Positions 7,981-16,276 of a DNA stretch of 25,186 nt are shown piece after piece. Under the pieces are notes generated by a model. That model did no database searches. It was not told the DNA's origin and saw only the letters and a list, made by a program, of their open reading frames with translations. Within the stretch, counting starts at the first letter, position 1; every line of letters starts with the position of its first letter. The DNA comes from Nostoc sp. (GTDB lineage: Bacteria > Cyanobacteriota > Cyanobacteriia > Cyanobacteriales > Nostocaceae): contig JBALDB010000040.1 in assembly GCA_036918135.1 (NCBI GenBank), positions 1-25,186 on the forward strand, given 5' to 3'. The position numbers and the translations under genes are program-made.

Positions 7981-8217
7981 ATTTTTGCCATTGCTGAATG
8001 TTCTTCTCAGTGTATAAAAAACTTGCCAATTTGGCAGCATGATTTTGATTGTCTTTAGTTAAGTATTAAAAGTCAATTACTTGTGGGCTATATTTACCGA
8101 GGTTTACTATACTTTTAGGTACATTCAGTTAAGTTTGCTGTGCTAACAGAACAACAAAAATTGTTGATGTATCTACTATAACAACAACAAATAGAATGAT
8201 GAGTTTTGATTAATTTC

Positions 8218-8250
8218 CCTCGTCTCTTTTAAAAGACGAGGTATTTTTTA
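8218..8250. terminator. Hairpin between the convergent gatD and SMR genes
   Basis: CCTCGTCT-N8-AGACGAGG followed by TATTTTTT. Confidence 0.6.
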
Positions 8251-8269
8251 TTTAAGGCAAATCTTTTAA

Positions 8270-8590
8270 TTATCGATTTGAATTTATACCAATTACCCCA
8301 ATGATTATTAGGCCAATAGATATGAGCTTAGTAAATGTGGTAGATTCACGAAACCAAATCATCCCAATCATAGCAACTAAGATAGTTCCCAATCCAGCCC
8401 AGACAGAATAAGCCACACTTACTTCGATTCTTTTGAGAGCCAAAGTCAAAAAACTAAAACAAAGTCCATAAAAGACAAATATTAATATCGAAGGGATTAT
8501 TTTAGTAAATCCTTGCGACAATTTCATGCAAGTTGTGCCTGAAACTTCAAAAAGAATTGCTGCAATCAAGTAAATCCAACTTATTGACAT
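8270..8590 (-). CDS. SMR/DMT family small multidrug efflux protein (EmrE/QacE-like)
   Basis: WIYLIAAILFEVSGT (membrane Glu), SVAYSVWAGLG, four TM segments. Start at ATG 8590 or 8605. Confidence 0.9.
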   Translation of the reverse strand: MSISWIYLIAAILFEVSGTTCMKLSQGFTKIIPSILIFVFYGLCFSFLTLALKRIEVSVAYSVWAGLGTILVAMIGMIWFRESTTFTKLISIGLIIIGVIGINSNR

Positions 8591-8792
8591 ATCTGTTGTA
8601 AGCATTTAGTTAGAAGTCTTTTATTATCTCTAGGAAAATCAAAAAATGCAATCTACTCACTCTAATTAGTAATATTTATTGCCTTAAAAGTATTTATCAT
8701 TCATACAAGGTAAAAATATAACATTAGTACGTTGAAACCTTTATCCTCGGCTAGTTAATTTTTGGTCTAACCTTTAATAATCTAAACTAAAT

Positions 8793-8822
8793 AAAAGCGC
8801 TCTCCAAAAGGAGAGCGCTTTT
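8793..8822. terminator. Bidirectional intrinsic terminator downstream of the ferredoxin gene
   Basis: Perfect AAAAGCGCTCTCC-AAAA-GGAGAGCGCTTTT. Confidence 0.8.
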
Positions 8823-8965
8823 TAGTCTATACAAGTTTTTTAGGAAAATATTACCGAGAGTACGGCACTATTTCAGATTTTAGATGCGTTATGGATAACG
8901 CTTTAAGCATCGCTTATCGTGCGTCCCTGATAAAACTTGCTGTTTATTAAATGCACATTTGTTAA

Positions 8966-9268
8966 TTAAGCGTTAAGCGCTTCCTCTTGATGGGTTTCAA
9001 TCACACAATCAGAAAGGGGCTTGGCCACGCAGGTGAGAACCCATCCTGCATCAAGTTGGTCATTGTCTAAGAAGTTTTGATCGTCTTGGTCAATTTCACC
9101 TGAAATTATCTTCCCAGTGCAGGTAGAGCAAGAACCAGCGTTACAGGAGTAGGGCAAGTCTAGATCGTTGTCCGGGTCGTTAGCAATCTCTAGGATGTAC
9201 TCATCTTCATCAACTTCAATTGTTGTTTCACCTTTTGGTGTCTTTAATGTGACGTTGTAAGTTGCCAT
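8966..9268 (-). CDS. Plant-type [2Fe-2S] ferredoxin, divergent PetF paralog
   Basis: MATYNVTL start (ATG 9268), [26 protein letters not shown]. Confidence 0.93.
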   Translation of the reverse strand: MATYNVTLKTPKGETTIEVDEDEYILEIANDPDNDLDLPYSCNAGSCSTCTGKIISGEIDQDDQNFLDNDQLDAGWVLTCVAKPLSDCVIETHQEEALNA

Positions 9269-9414
9269 GTAAAAATCTCTAACTAATATAAACTCCATTT
9301 TCGATACTACGGGTTTATGTGCTGCTAGTCCAGAGTTATTTGTGGTTAAGTGTTCTAAATTTTAGAATTAGCTAGTGGGGGTAGTTTACATCTACCAGAA
9401 GGTGGAGAGGAAAA

Positions 9415-10254
9415 TCACACAGCAAAAAATGTGGCGATCGCTTCTGCAAATCCCTCAAATGAACTATAATCCTCAGAGACAATCGAGACATTCACTCCTA
9501 ATTGTTGAGCATTGGCACTTGTATACGGGCCAAAACAGGCGATCGCACAATCTCTATAATCGCTTTGGGAGTTAACCATTCTCAAAAAGCTTTCTATTTC
9601 CGCCGTGCTACTAAAAGCAATTACATTGATGTTGCCTTGACGAATCAGGTTTAATTCAATACTGTAAATATTTTTATCTAAACCCTGCGTGATATATGTA
9701 TGTACGCGAGTTACTTTTATGTCTAAATTCTCTAAGTCTGTAATTAAATTGGGTATAACATTAGGTTCCGGCAAACCCACAACCTCTGGAGCGGGTATCA
9801 GCACTTTTTTGTGCTGAATTTGTGGAACTTTTGCTAATTCAGCGACAATTCCGCTTGGGCTAGCTTCTTGAGGAATTAAATCTACCTTGCCACTAAAAGA
9901 TAATAAGATTTCCGAATCTTTCCCTAATGCAGATAATTGACAATTTTCTAGCACAGATACAGGAATATTTAGCTCGTTCATGCGGTGAAAAAATGCAGTG
10001 ATGCCATTTCTGCTGGTGAAAATAATCCAATTAAAATCTTTTATACACTTAAGAGCAGTATCTAACTCACTATAGTTTGATAAATAGCTAGTTTCGATAG
10101 TAGGCATCAAAACAGGTAAACCACCTTTTTTGATGATTTGTTCGGATAACCTATAAGCATAATTTCTCGGTGCTGTAACTAAAATTCTCTTGTTGTATAA
10201 AGGTAATTTGCTAGATGGAGTCAGCAAGTTAATTTCTGTTGATTTGATGTGCAT
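9415..10254 (-). CDS. hemD: Uroporphyrinogen-III synthase family protein
   Basis: KRILVTAPR, WIIFTSRNGI, IAFSSTAEI, IACFGPYTS. Confidence 0.85.
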   Translation of the reverse strand: MHIKSTEINLLTPSSKLPLYNKRILVTAPRNYAYRLSEQIIKKGGLPVLMPTIETSYLSNYSELDTALKCIKDFNWIIFTSRNGITAFFHRMNELNIPVSVLENCQLSALGKDSEILLSFSGKVDLIPQEASPSGIVAELAKVPQIQHKKVLIPAPEVVGLPEPNVIPNLITDLENLDIKVTRVHTYITQGLDKNIYSIELNLIRQGNINVIAFSSTAEIESFLRMVNSQSDYRDCAIACFGPYTSANAQQLGVNVSIVSEDYSSFEGFAEAIATFFAV

Positions 10255-10392
10255 TGGTCAGTTATTAGTTATCAGGGGATAGGGAGCAGAGGGGTAGGGG
10301 GGGCAGGGAGGCAGGGGAGCAGGGGAGCAGAGGGGAATAATTAATAATTCTTGACTAATGACCAATGACTAACGACCAATGACCAATAACTA
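10255..10392. repeat. STRR and G-rich tandem repeats in the divergent hemD-protease spacer
   Basis: GGGGAGCAG-like 9-mers at about 10275-10336 and (TGACYAA)n heptamers at about 10352-10392. Confidence 0.75.
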
Positions 10393-10490
10393 GCCATTTT
10401 TCTAGGATAAGTTCTCCCCATTTTTCTGATGTCGATTGTATGTAGAAAACGGCACTATTTGAACATCTAACAACGTTGGCAAAAAATTTT

Positions 10491-11402
10491 ATGTCTTCAT
10501 TACTAGCTCTATCTAACAGCTTAGCCGATACCGTAGAGCAGGCTGGAAGTGCTGTAGTTGCCGTAAATGGCGGTAGTCGTGTTTCTCCAAGTGGCATTCA
10601 CTGGCGTAATGGGATCGTTGTTACCTCTGATGAGTCGCTCCAGCGCTATGATGACATCACCGTTACTTTATCAAATGGACAGACTGCACCAGTAACATTC
10701 ATTGGTCATGACTCTAGCACTGACATCGCTGTTTTTCAACTGCAAAATCTAGAAATACCCGTGGCAAAAATTGGCGATAGTAAAATGCTCAAAGTCGGTC
10801 ATCTGGTATTAGGACTAGCAAGAAGTAGCGAAGGTGACTTGCGGGCGGCGATGGGTGCGGTAAGTGTAGTTAGCGGTGCTTGGCGAAGTATGAGTGGCGG
10901 TAATATTGACCAGTTCATTCGTCCAGATATCACCCTATACTCTGGTTTTGGAGGCGGGCCCCTTGTAGATGCGGCTGGGAATGTGGTAGGTATGAATACA
11001 TCAGGGCGGCGTGGTACGGCTTTGACTATTCCCACTGCTACAGTCGATCGCGTGGTTAATCAATTAATCACAAAAGGACGCATTTCTAAAGGCTACTTGG
11101 GTGTAGGAATGCAACCTGTACGCTTACCCAATAATCTCAAAACATCTCTAAATTTAACTTCTGCCACTGGGGTAATTGTCGTCAACGTTGAGCCTTCGGG
11201 GCCGGCTGACAATGCTGGTGTGCTGCTTGGCGATGTTTTGGTAACATTTGATGGGGTAACTGTGAGCGATACAGGTGATGTACTGGCGTTGCTCAATAAT
11301 AGCGATCGCATCGGTAAAGCTGTGAATGTACAAATTGTACGGGGTGGCGTGTTAGTTGAGTTAGCGATCGTAGTTGGCGAACGACCTACTTCGGAACTTT
11401 AA
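10491..11402 (+). CDS. HtrA/DegP-like S1C protease-fold protein with a C-terminal PDZ domain; catalytic His and Ser absent
   Basis: SGIHW, VVTSDE (TNAH position), TDIAV, YSGFGGGPL (GNSGGPL position), VVGMNT; PDZ motifs GYLGV and GPADNAGVLLGDV. ATG at 10491. Confidence 0.85.
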   Translation: MSSLLALSNSLADTVEQAGSAVVAVNGGSRVSPSGIHWRNGIVVTSDESLQRYDDITVTLSNGQTAPVTFIGHDSSTDIAVFQLQNLEIPVAKIGDSKMLKVGHLVLGLARSSEGDLRAAMGAVSVVSGAWRSMSGGNIDQFIRPDITLYSGFGGGPLVDAAGNVVGMNTSGRRGTALTIPTATVDRVVNQLITKGRISKGYLGVGMQPVRLPNNLKTSLNLTSATGVIVVNVEPSGPADNAGVLLGDVLVTFDGVTVSDTGDVLALLNNSDRIGKAVNVQIVRGGVLVELAIVVGERPTSEL

Positions 11403-11418
11403 GATTAAAACTCGAAAC

Positions 11419-11691
11419 TTGAGCTTCTCAACTCAACAGTTGAGCTTCTGAAGGTGAAAGTTGAGCTTTTGAGGATGAAAGTTGAGCTTTTGAGGATGAA
11501 AGTTGAGCTTCTGAAGGTGAAAGTTGAGCTTCTGAAGGTGAAAGTTGAGCTTCTGAGGGTGAAAGTTGAGCTTCTGAAGGTGAAAGTTGAGCTTCTGAAC
11601 CTCGAAATTGCACCTTTGAATCTCGAAGTTGCACCTTTGAGCTTCAAGTTTGGTGCTTGGTACTCGATAGTTGAGCTTCTGAACTCGGAAT
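11419..11691. repeat. 21-nt tandem repeat array B (13 units, degenerate at the ends)
   Basis: Units every 21 nt from 11419 to 11671; core TTGAGCTTCTGAAGGTGAAAG; clearly related to array A. Confidence 0.95.
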
Positions 11692-11837
11692 TTTTAGAAT
11701 TTAGAAATCAAAGTTGAGTTAAACGAGTATAAAACTCACATAGAGTCTCAGTTTAATTTAGTTAAATTAGCTCAATCCAGCTAAAACTATTTTCAGCCCG
11801 CCGATTCTACTTTGACTGGCAGACAAATTACATTAAC

Positions 11838-12404
11838 ATGTCAAACACAACATTAACTAACATCGCTGCTGAATTGACACAAGTAGCTGCTAGGCTACGC
11901 AATAGCACCGTCAAAGTACAAAGTGGTTCTTTAGGAGTCGGTTCTGGTGTGATTTGGCACTCAGACGGATTAATTATCACTAATGCCCATGTAGCAATTA
12001 GTAACCGGGCAACTATCAAACTGTCAGATGGACGAGTATTCGGTGCAGTACGCGTACACTTTGATCCACAGCAAGATTTAGCAGCCCTAAGAATTGTCGC
12101 CACAGATTTAACTGCTGCAACTATTGGTAATTCTCAGGCGCTACGAGTGGGTGAATTAGTTCTGGCAGTGGGTAATCCCTTTGGTGACAGTGGTGCCGTG
12201 ACAACTGGAATTATTTATGCAAATAATCCAGGTATGGTTGTAGCGGATTTGCAATTGTATCCTGGTAATTCTGGAGGGCCACTTGCAGACTGCCTCGGTC
12301 GAGTTGTTGGCATTAACACGATGATTGCTAACGGTTTAGCTGTAGCAGTTTCCACCAGCACCGTAAACCGTTTTTTACAAGGGACTAGGGCATGGGGGAG
12401 ATAA
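11838..12404 (+). CDS. S1C trypsin-like serine protease with an intact triad and no PDZ domain (possibly truncated)
   Basis: GSGVIW, IITNAHV (His), QDLAAL (Asp), PGNSGGPL (Ser), VVGINT. Confidence 0.88.
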   Translation: MSNTTLTNIAAELTQVAARLRNSTVKVQSGSLGVGSGVIWHSDGLIITNAHVAISNRATIKLSDGRVFGAVRVHFDPQQDLAALRIVATDLTAATIGNSQALRVGELVLAVGNPFGDSGAVTTGIIYANNPGMVVADLQLYPGNSGGPLADCLGRVVGINTMIANGLAVAVSTSTVNRFLQGTRAWGR

Positions 12405-12550
12405 GGAGATGGGGGAGTGTGGGGAGTGCGGGGAGATGAGGAGATGGGGGAGTGTGGGGAGTGTGGGGAGAGAGGGGGGCAAGATTTCTTCCCCATCCTC
12501 TCACACTCCCTTTTCCTCCCACACCTCTCACACTCCCTGTTTGCCCAATT
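12393..12550. repeat. Dispersed G-rich/C-rich repeat element, copy 1
   Basis: GGGGAGTGT/GGGGAGAT 9-mers, a 36-nt core at 12465-12500, then C-rich 9-mers. An inverted copy lies at about 18570-18680. Confidence 0.85.
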
Positions 12551-12681
12551 TCTACCCTTATAACTAAAGCAAAATGCATAATTAGTAGGAGGTGGCAACC
12601 TCCTACGTTGGAGAAGTGTCTCATCTTAAGTAGTAGACGCCGTAATCCAGAGCGTCAAACAGATACTAATGTGATGTTTAG

Positions 12682-13836
12682 ATGACCAACATGAAATTCC
12701 AACTTTACTTAGGCTCTTTATTTTCCCAGATTAAAGTACGTCATTGGTGGATAAGTGTCTTCTTGTGGATAGCTTTGGTTGCCCCAGTTCAAGCGTCTGT
12801 AATCCTGCGCGTAGCAATTGCGAGAGGGGTTAATCAGGTAAAAGTGGGGAGTTCCACAACTGGGATCGTTAAAGATAGCAGTGGCCGGACTTTGGGACAG
12901 TTACCGGCGATGAGTGCATTTTATGCTCAAGCGGTTCCTGGGGGAGTGGCTTTAGATAAGTGGCAATCCGGTTTATTTTGGATTGAACCAACAGGTAAAG
13001 GATTTGTTTACATTGGCGATCGCTGGTATCGAGGCAGAACTCTGGTTGTCCCTACAGAAAAAGGTTTAACCGCTGTTAACTGGATTGATGACCAAGAGTA
13101 TCTCTACAGCGTTCTCGGTGGCGAGATGGATGCTAGCTGGCCTCAAGAAGCATTAAAAGCCCAGGCGATCGCAGCCCGCACCTATGCCTTTTACGAACGA
13201 GAAAAACAACGAAATAATCCCGTTTACGATTTAGGCAACACCCCCGATCGCTGGCAAATTTATAAAGGTGTGATTAGTGAATCTCCTGCTACTTACAAAG
13301 CAGTTGATGAAACAGCAAACCAAGTACTCACTTATAAAAATAGGATTATTCTCTCAGTTTTCCACGCTTGTTCTGGCGGACACACTGAAAACGTCGAAGA
13401 TGTTTGGGGAAGTAATGAGCCTTACCTACGTGCTGTTCAAGACTATGACCAAAATATCAGCGAGTGTAACTGGGTGAAAACCTTCTCGCCCAGTGAAATT
13501 AGCGCTAAATTTCCTGAAGTAGGCATTGTGACGGCGATAATTCCAGAAACACTCTCGCCTTTTGGTAGTGTCAAAGTCTTGAAAATTATCGGCAACAAAG
13601 GCACAAAAGTCTTACAGGGCGAGCAAGTACGGACAGGACTCAAACTAAAAAGTACCCGTTTTAGCGTCTCTAAGGGAGCAGATGGTAGTTTTGTCCTCCA
13701 AGGACTTGGCTTCGGTCATGCTTTAGGCTTGAGCCAATGGGGGGCGTACAATTTGGCTCGTCAAGGAGTGAACCACCTACAAATTTTGGGGCATTACTAC
13801 AAAGGTGTAGCTCTAACACCAATTGAAGCAAAGTAG
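12682..13836 (+). CDS. SpoIID/LytB domain protein (lytic transglycosylase-like) with a signal peptide
   Basis: YRG, YLYSVLGGEM, EALKAQAIAARTY, QIYKG, FHACSGGHTE, LKST, GFGHALGLSQWGA, ILGHYY. Confidence 0.92.
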   Translation: MTNMKFQLYLGSLFSQIKVRHWWISVFLWIALVAPVQASVILRVAIARGVNQVKVGSSTTGIVKDSSGRTLGQLPAMSAFYAQAVPGGVALDKWQSGLFWIEPTGKGFVYIGDRWYRGRTLVVPTEKGLTAVNWIDDQEYLYSVLGGEMDASWPQEALKAQAIAARTYAFYEREKQRNNPVYDLGNTPDRWQIYKGVISESPATYKAVDETANQVLTYKNRIILSVFHACSGGHTENVEDVWGSNEPYLRAVQDYDQNISECNWVKTFSPSEISAKFPEVGIVTAIIPETLSPFGSVKVLKIIGNKGTKVLQGEQVRTGLKLKSTRFSVSKGADGSFVLQGLGFGHALGLSQWGAYNLARQGVNHLQILGHYYKGVALTPIEAK

Positions 13837-13934
13837 TACAGCACAACATCAACAAACCACCCATTGCCAATCAATGAAACGCTTGCGGTATAAGAATTAT
13901 GAATTACCCGCAGCAGTAATAGTAAGTTTAAATA

Positions 13935-13967
13935 TCAAAAGCCCGGTCATAAAAACCGGGCTTTTGA
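13935..13967. terminator. Bidirectional intrinsic terminator
   Basis: Perfect TCAAAAGCCCGGT-N7-ACCGGGCTTTTGA downstream of the SpoIID gene. Confidence 0.85.
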
Positions 13968-14150
13968 AATAATGGGGCTATATACCCCGAAGGTTAGCTA
14001 TAAGAAGTTCAGTATAATTATCGATGCTCTGATATGTAATACCGCCCTAGTATTATTGATTCCGGAAAATTCGCAAAAAATTTTTCGAGTAATTTTAATC
14101 TCCAAGTTAATGATCAAAATACAGCAAGCAACTAGCAGTTTGAACAAGAT

Positions 14151-14175
14151 GCAGCAAGGGTTGTTGCTTTTTTTT
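14151..14175 (+). terminator. Orphan plus-strand terminator
   Basis: GCAGCAA-GGG-TTGTTGC followed by T8. Confidence 0.5.
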
Positions 14176-14357
14176 AATCTCCTATGACTCTTCCCACTCT
14201 CCATTTCCTACTCTTTACCTCTTGTTAACTGTACGTGTAGGATTTAAAGATATTTATTTTCGGCTTTTGCTAATGAACAATATATTGGGGAACTGGCAGG
14301 AATGGTTAACCGTAATAGCCTATCTAGGTTTCACAGTCTTAATTATCTGGCGGGTAT

Positions 14358-14666
14358 TTAGCGCCCAGAAGAATTAAAAAACTTGCATATCATTTCACCA
14401 GGGCTTCTTTGCTCAAAGGGCAAAATACTTCCATTTTGCTGAACCTTAACTCGTTGACGACAATTGTAGACCTCAATGGGTGTTTTTACTCCATTTACAC
14501 TAACAGCTGCCCTATATTCCCAATAATTTTTAGCACTTCGGTTAATACTGAGAATACAAATCTGGTGGTGATTATAGTTGCGGCAGACAGAAGCAAAAGC
14601 CGGAAATGTTACTGAAAAAGATAGTATTAATAGCAACAAAAAAAATAGATATTTTATCCTGTTCAT
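14358..14666 (-). CDS. Small secreted hypothetical protein with 4 Cys
   Basis: Signal peptide ending AFA; mature part SVCR..QICI..RSAKNYWEYRA..YNCR..ICK. Confidence 0.8.
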   Translation of the reverse strand: MNRIKYLFFLLLLILSFSVTFPAFASVCRNYNHHQICILSINRSAKNYWEYRAAVSVNGVKTPIEVYNCRQRVKVQQNGSILPFEQRSPGEMICKFFNSSGR

Positions 14667-14686
14667 AAGCGATCGTTAACATTACA

Positions 14687-15496
14687 TTGTGGGAAATATT
14701 ATTAAATTTCAAAGCCTTTGAATTGCAACCAAAAACAAATTTTGAACAAGCTTCGATTGTACGCTGTTTTGCTGCACTACTGCTCTTTGGTCAAGTGTGG
14801 CTGCATTTACTCCAGGGAAAAACTTACTACCGCAAAATTTTGCAACATCTGGTAACTGCTGGACCAGGTTCTATCTCTCCAGTTCTGCTTGTAGGCGGTT
14901 TTGCCGGAATGATTTTTACTGTTCAAACAGCGAGAGAATTAATCCGATTTGGTGCTGTCAATGCTGTAGGAGGTGCTTTTGCACTAGCTTTTTGCAGAGA
15001 ATTAGCTCCTATTTTGACGGCTAGTATTATGGCTGGACAAGTAGGTTCTGCTTTTGCAGCAGAAATAGGTGCAATGCAAGTTACAGAGCAAATTGATGCA
15101 CTTTATATGCTCAAAACCGATCCAATTGATTATTTAGTACTTCCTAGAGTAATTGCTTGTTGTTTAATGCTGCCTGTAATGACAGTTTTTGCTTTAGTTA
15201 TGGGAATTTTTGGGGGAGTTTTTGCTGCATCACAGTTTTTCCAAATTATTCCAGAAATATTTTTAGAATCAGTTAGAAGTTTTTTAGAACCCTCAGATTT
15301 GTTGATTATTTTGCTCAAAGGATTTATTTTTGGAGTGCTAGTTGCTGTGATTGGCTGTAGTTGGGGATTAACTACTAAGGGAGGAGTAAAGGAAGTAGGA
15401 GAATCAGCAACCAAAGCAGTTGTTACTAGTTGGGTGTCAATTTTTGTTATTGATTTTTTTCTGTCTTTGCTGCTGTTTGAAAATGTTGAATTTTGA
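14687..15496 (+). CDS. mlaE: MlaE family lipid ABC transporter permease
   Basis: RELAPILTA, AGQVGSAFAAEIGAMQVTEQIDAL, DPIDYLVLPR, VGESATKAVV. The true start may be TTG at 14723. Confidence 0.93.
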   Translation: MWEILLNFKAFELQPKTNFEQASIVRCFAALLLFGQVWLHLLQGKTYYRKILQHLVTAGPGSISPVLLVGGFAGMIFTVQTARELIRFGAVNAVGGAFALAFCRELAPILTASIMAGQVGSAFAAEIGAMQVTEQIDALYMLKTDPIDYLVLPRVIACCLMLPVMTVFALVMGIFGGVFAASQFFQIIPEIFLESVRSFLEPSDLLIILLKGFIFGVLVAVIGCSWGLTTKGGVKEVGESATKAVVTSWVSIFVIDFFLSLLLFENVEF

Positions 15497-15619
15497 ACAA
15501 TAAAATTCCCAAATTTTTTAGAACTTGAAAATTTTATCTTCGAGTTAGCTTCGGTATCAAAATATTCTGTCTTTTCAATTATGAATCTTGACTAATTACT
15601 GGTGGTACACTTTATTTCA

Positions 15620-16066
15620 TTACTTGGGTAAAATTTCAGAATTTACTAACTTGTAAATTAGGGCACCCAAGACCAAGCCTGTTAATGAAAAAATAGATGC
15701 ACTCCAAAAAGCTTGGTTTTTCTTCAGACCTGCGACTTGAAAATCTACCCTAACTAATATAGTTGCCGAAAAAATAAGTAAGGTATCAAGAAAGACCCTA
15801 AACCAGGCAAGCATAATAAAGAACAAGAAAGCTGCTAAAACGGCAATCCCAAAAGATTTAATATTTGATTCAAACAGAATATTGTAGTAGGATGTTAGTT
15901 TTGGCCAAGGAGTTGTCAAAGTTAGAATTAAAAGCAAGATAGCAACTATAATCGCCAACCATACATACATAGGAGGATGTGTTTCAGATATTACCCAGCC
16001 TAAAGTACTGTAGCTAAGCAGCACTAGCGCTAGGGACACCCAAGGAACTGTTTTCAAAATTGACAC
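15620..16066 (-). CDS. Hypothetical integral membrane protein
   Basis: 148-aa ORF with 4-5 hydrophobic segments. Confidence 0.75.
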   Translation of the reverse strand: MSILKTVPWVSLALVLLSYSTLGWVISETHPPMYVWLAIIVAILLLILTLTTPWPKLTSYYNILFESNIKSFGIAVLAAFLFFIMLAWFRVFLDTLLIFSATILVRVDFQVAGLKKNQAFWSASIFSLTGLVLGALIYKLVNSEILPK

Positions 16067-16276
16067 AGGTTGATATTGCCAGTACAGGGCTAAAGCATTA
16101 TTTCATCACTCAGTCGAGTCACTACTCGATTTTACTTATAGCCTGTCATGCTTTTGCCAAGCAAGGCAACCAAGTTTGTACAGAATTACAGCACAAAGTA
16201 GTTAAATATATTGATAAAGATTTGTAAACTGTTAGCAGCCGAGTAGCCTCGTGTCACATCTGATTAAGGAATTATC

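Noticed and set aside
8606..8790. Guanidine riboswitch upstream of the SMR gene
   Set aside because: No paired ACGR-loop hairpins or other recognisable motif were seen, and the protein looks Qac/EmrE-like rather than Gdx-like.
10275..10336. G-quadruplex-forming tract
   Set aside because: It is explained by common G-rich tandem repeats, with no evidence of function.
11405..11717. Heptad-repeat ORFs (KVELLKV, SEAQLSP, FRSSTFT) and ORF 5328..5600
   Set aside because: Several overlapping frames are open only because the 21-nt unit lacks stops in them. There is no clear RBS, so they were treated as repeat artefacts, although translation cannot be excluded.
12215..12685. ORFs 12215..12598, 12385..12624 and 12452..12685, and similar ones at 18165-18782
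   Set aside because: They are low-complexity translations of the G/C-rich repeat or antisense shadows of real genes. Their mutual similarity comes from the repeat.
13277..15414. Short ORFs overlapping SpoIID, the secreted protein gene and mlaE
   Set aside because: They are alternate-frame or antisense shadows of well-supported genes, with no recognisable motifs.
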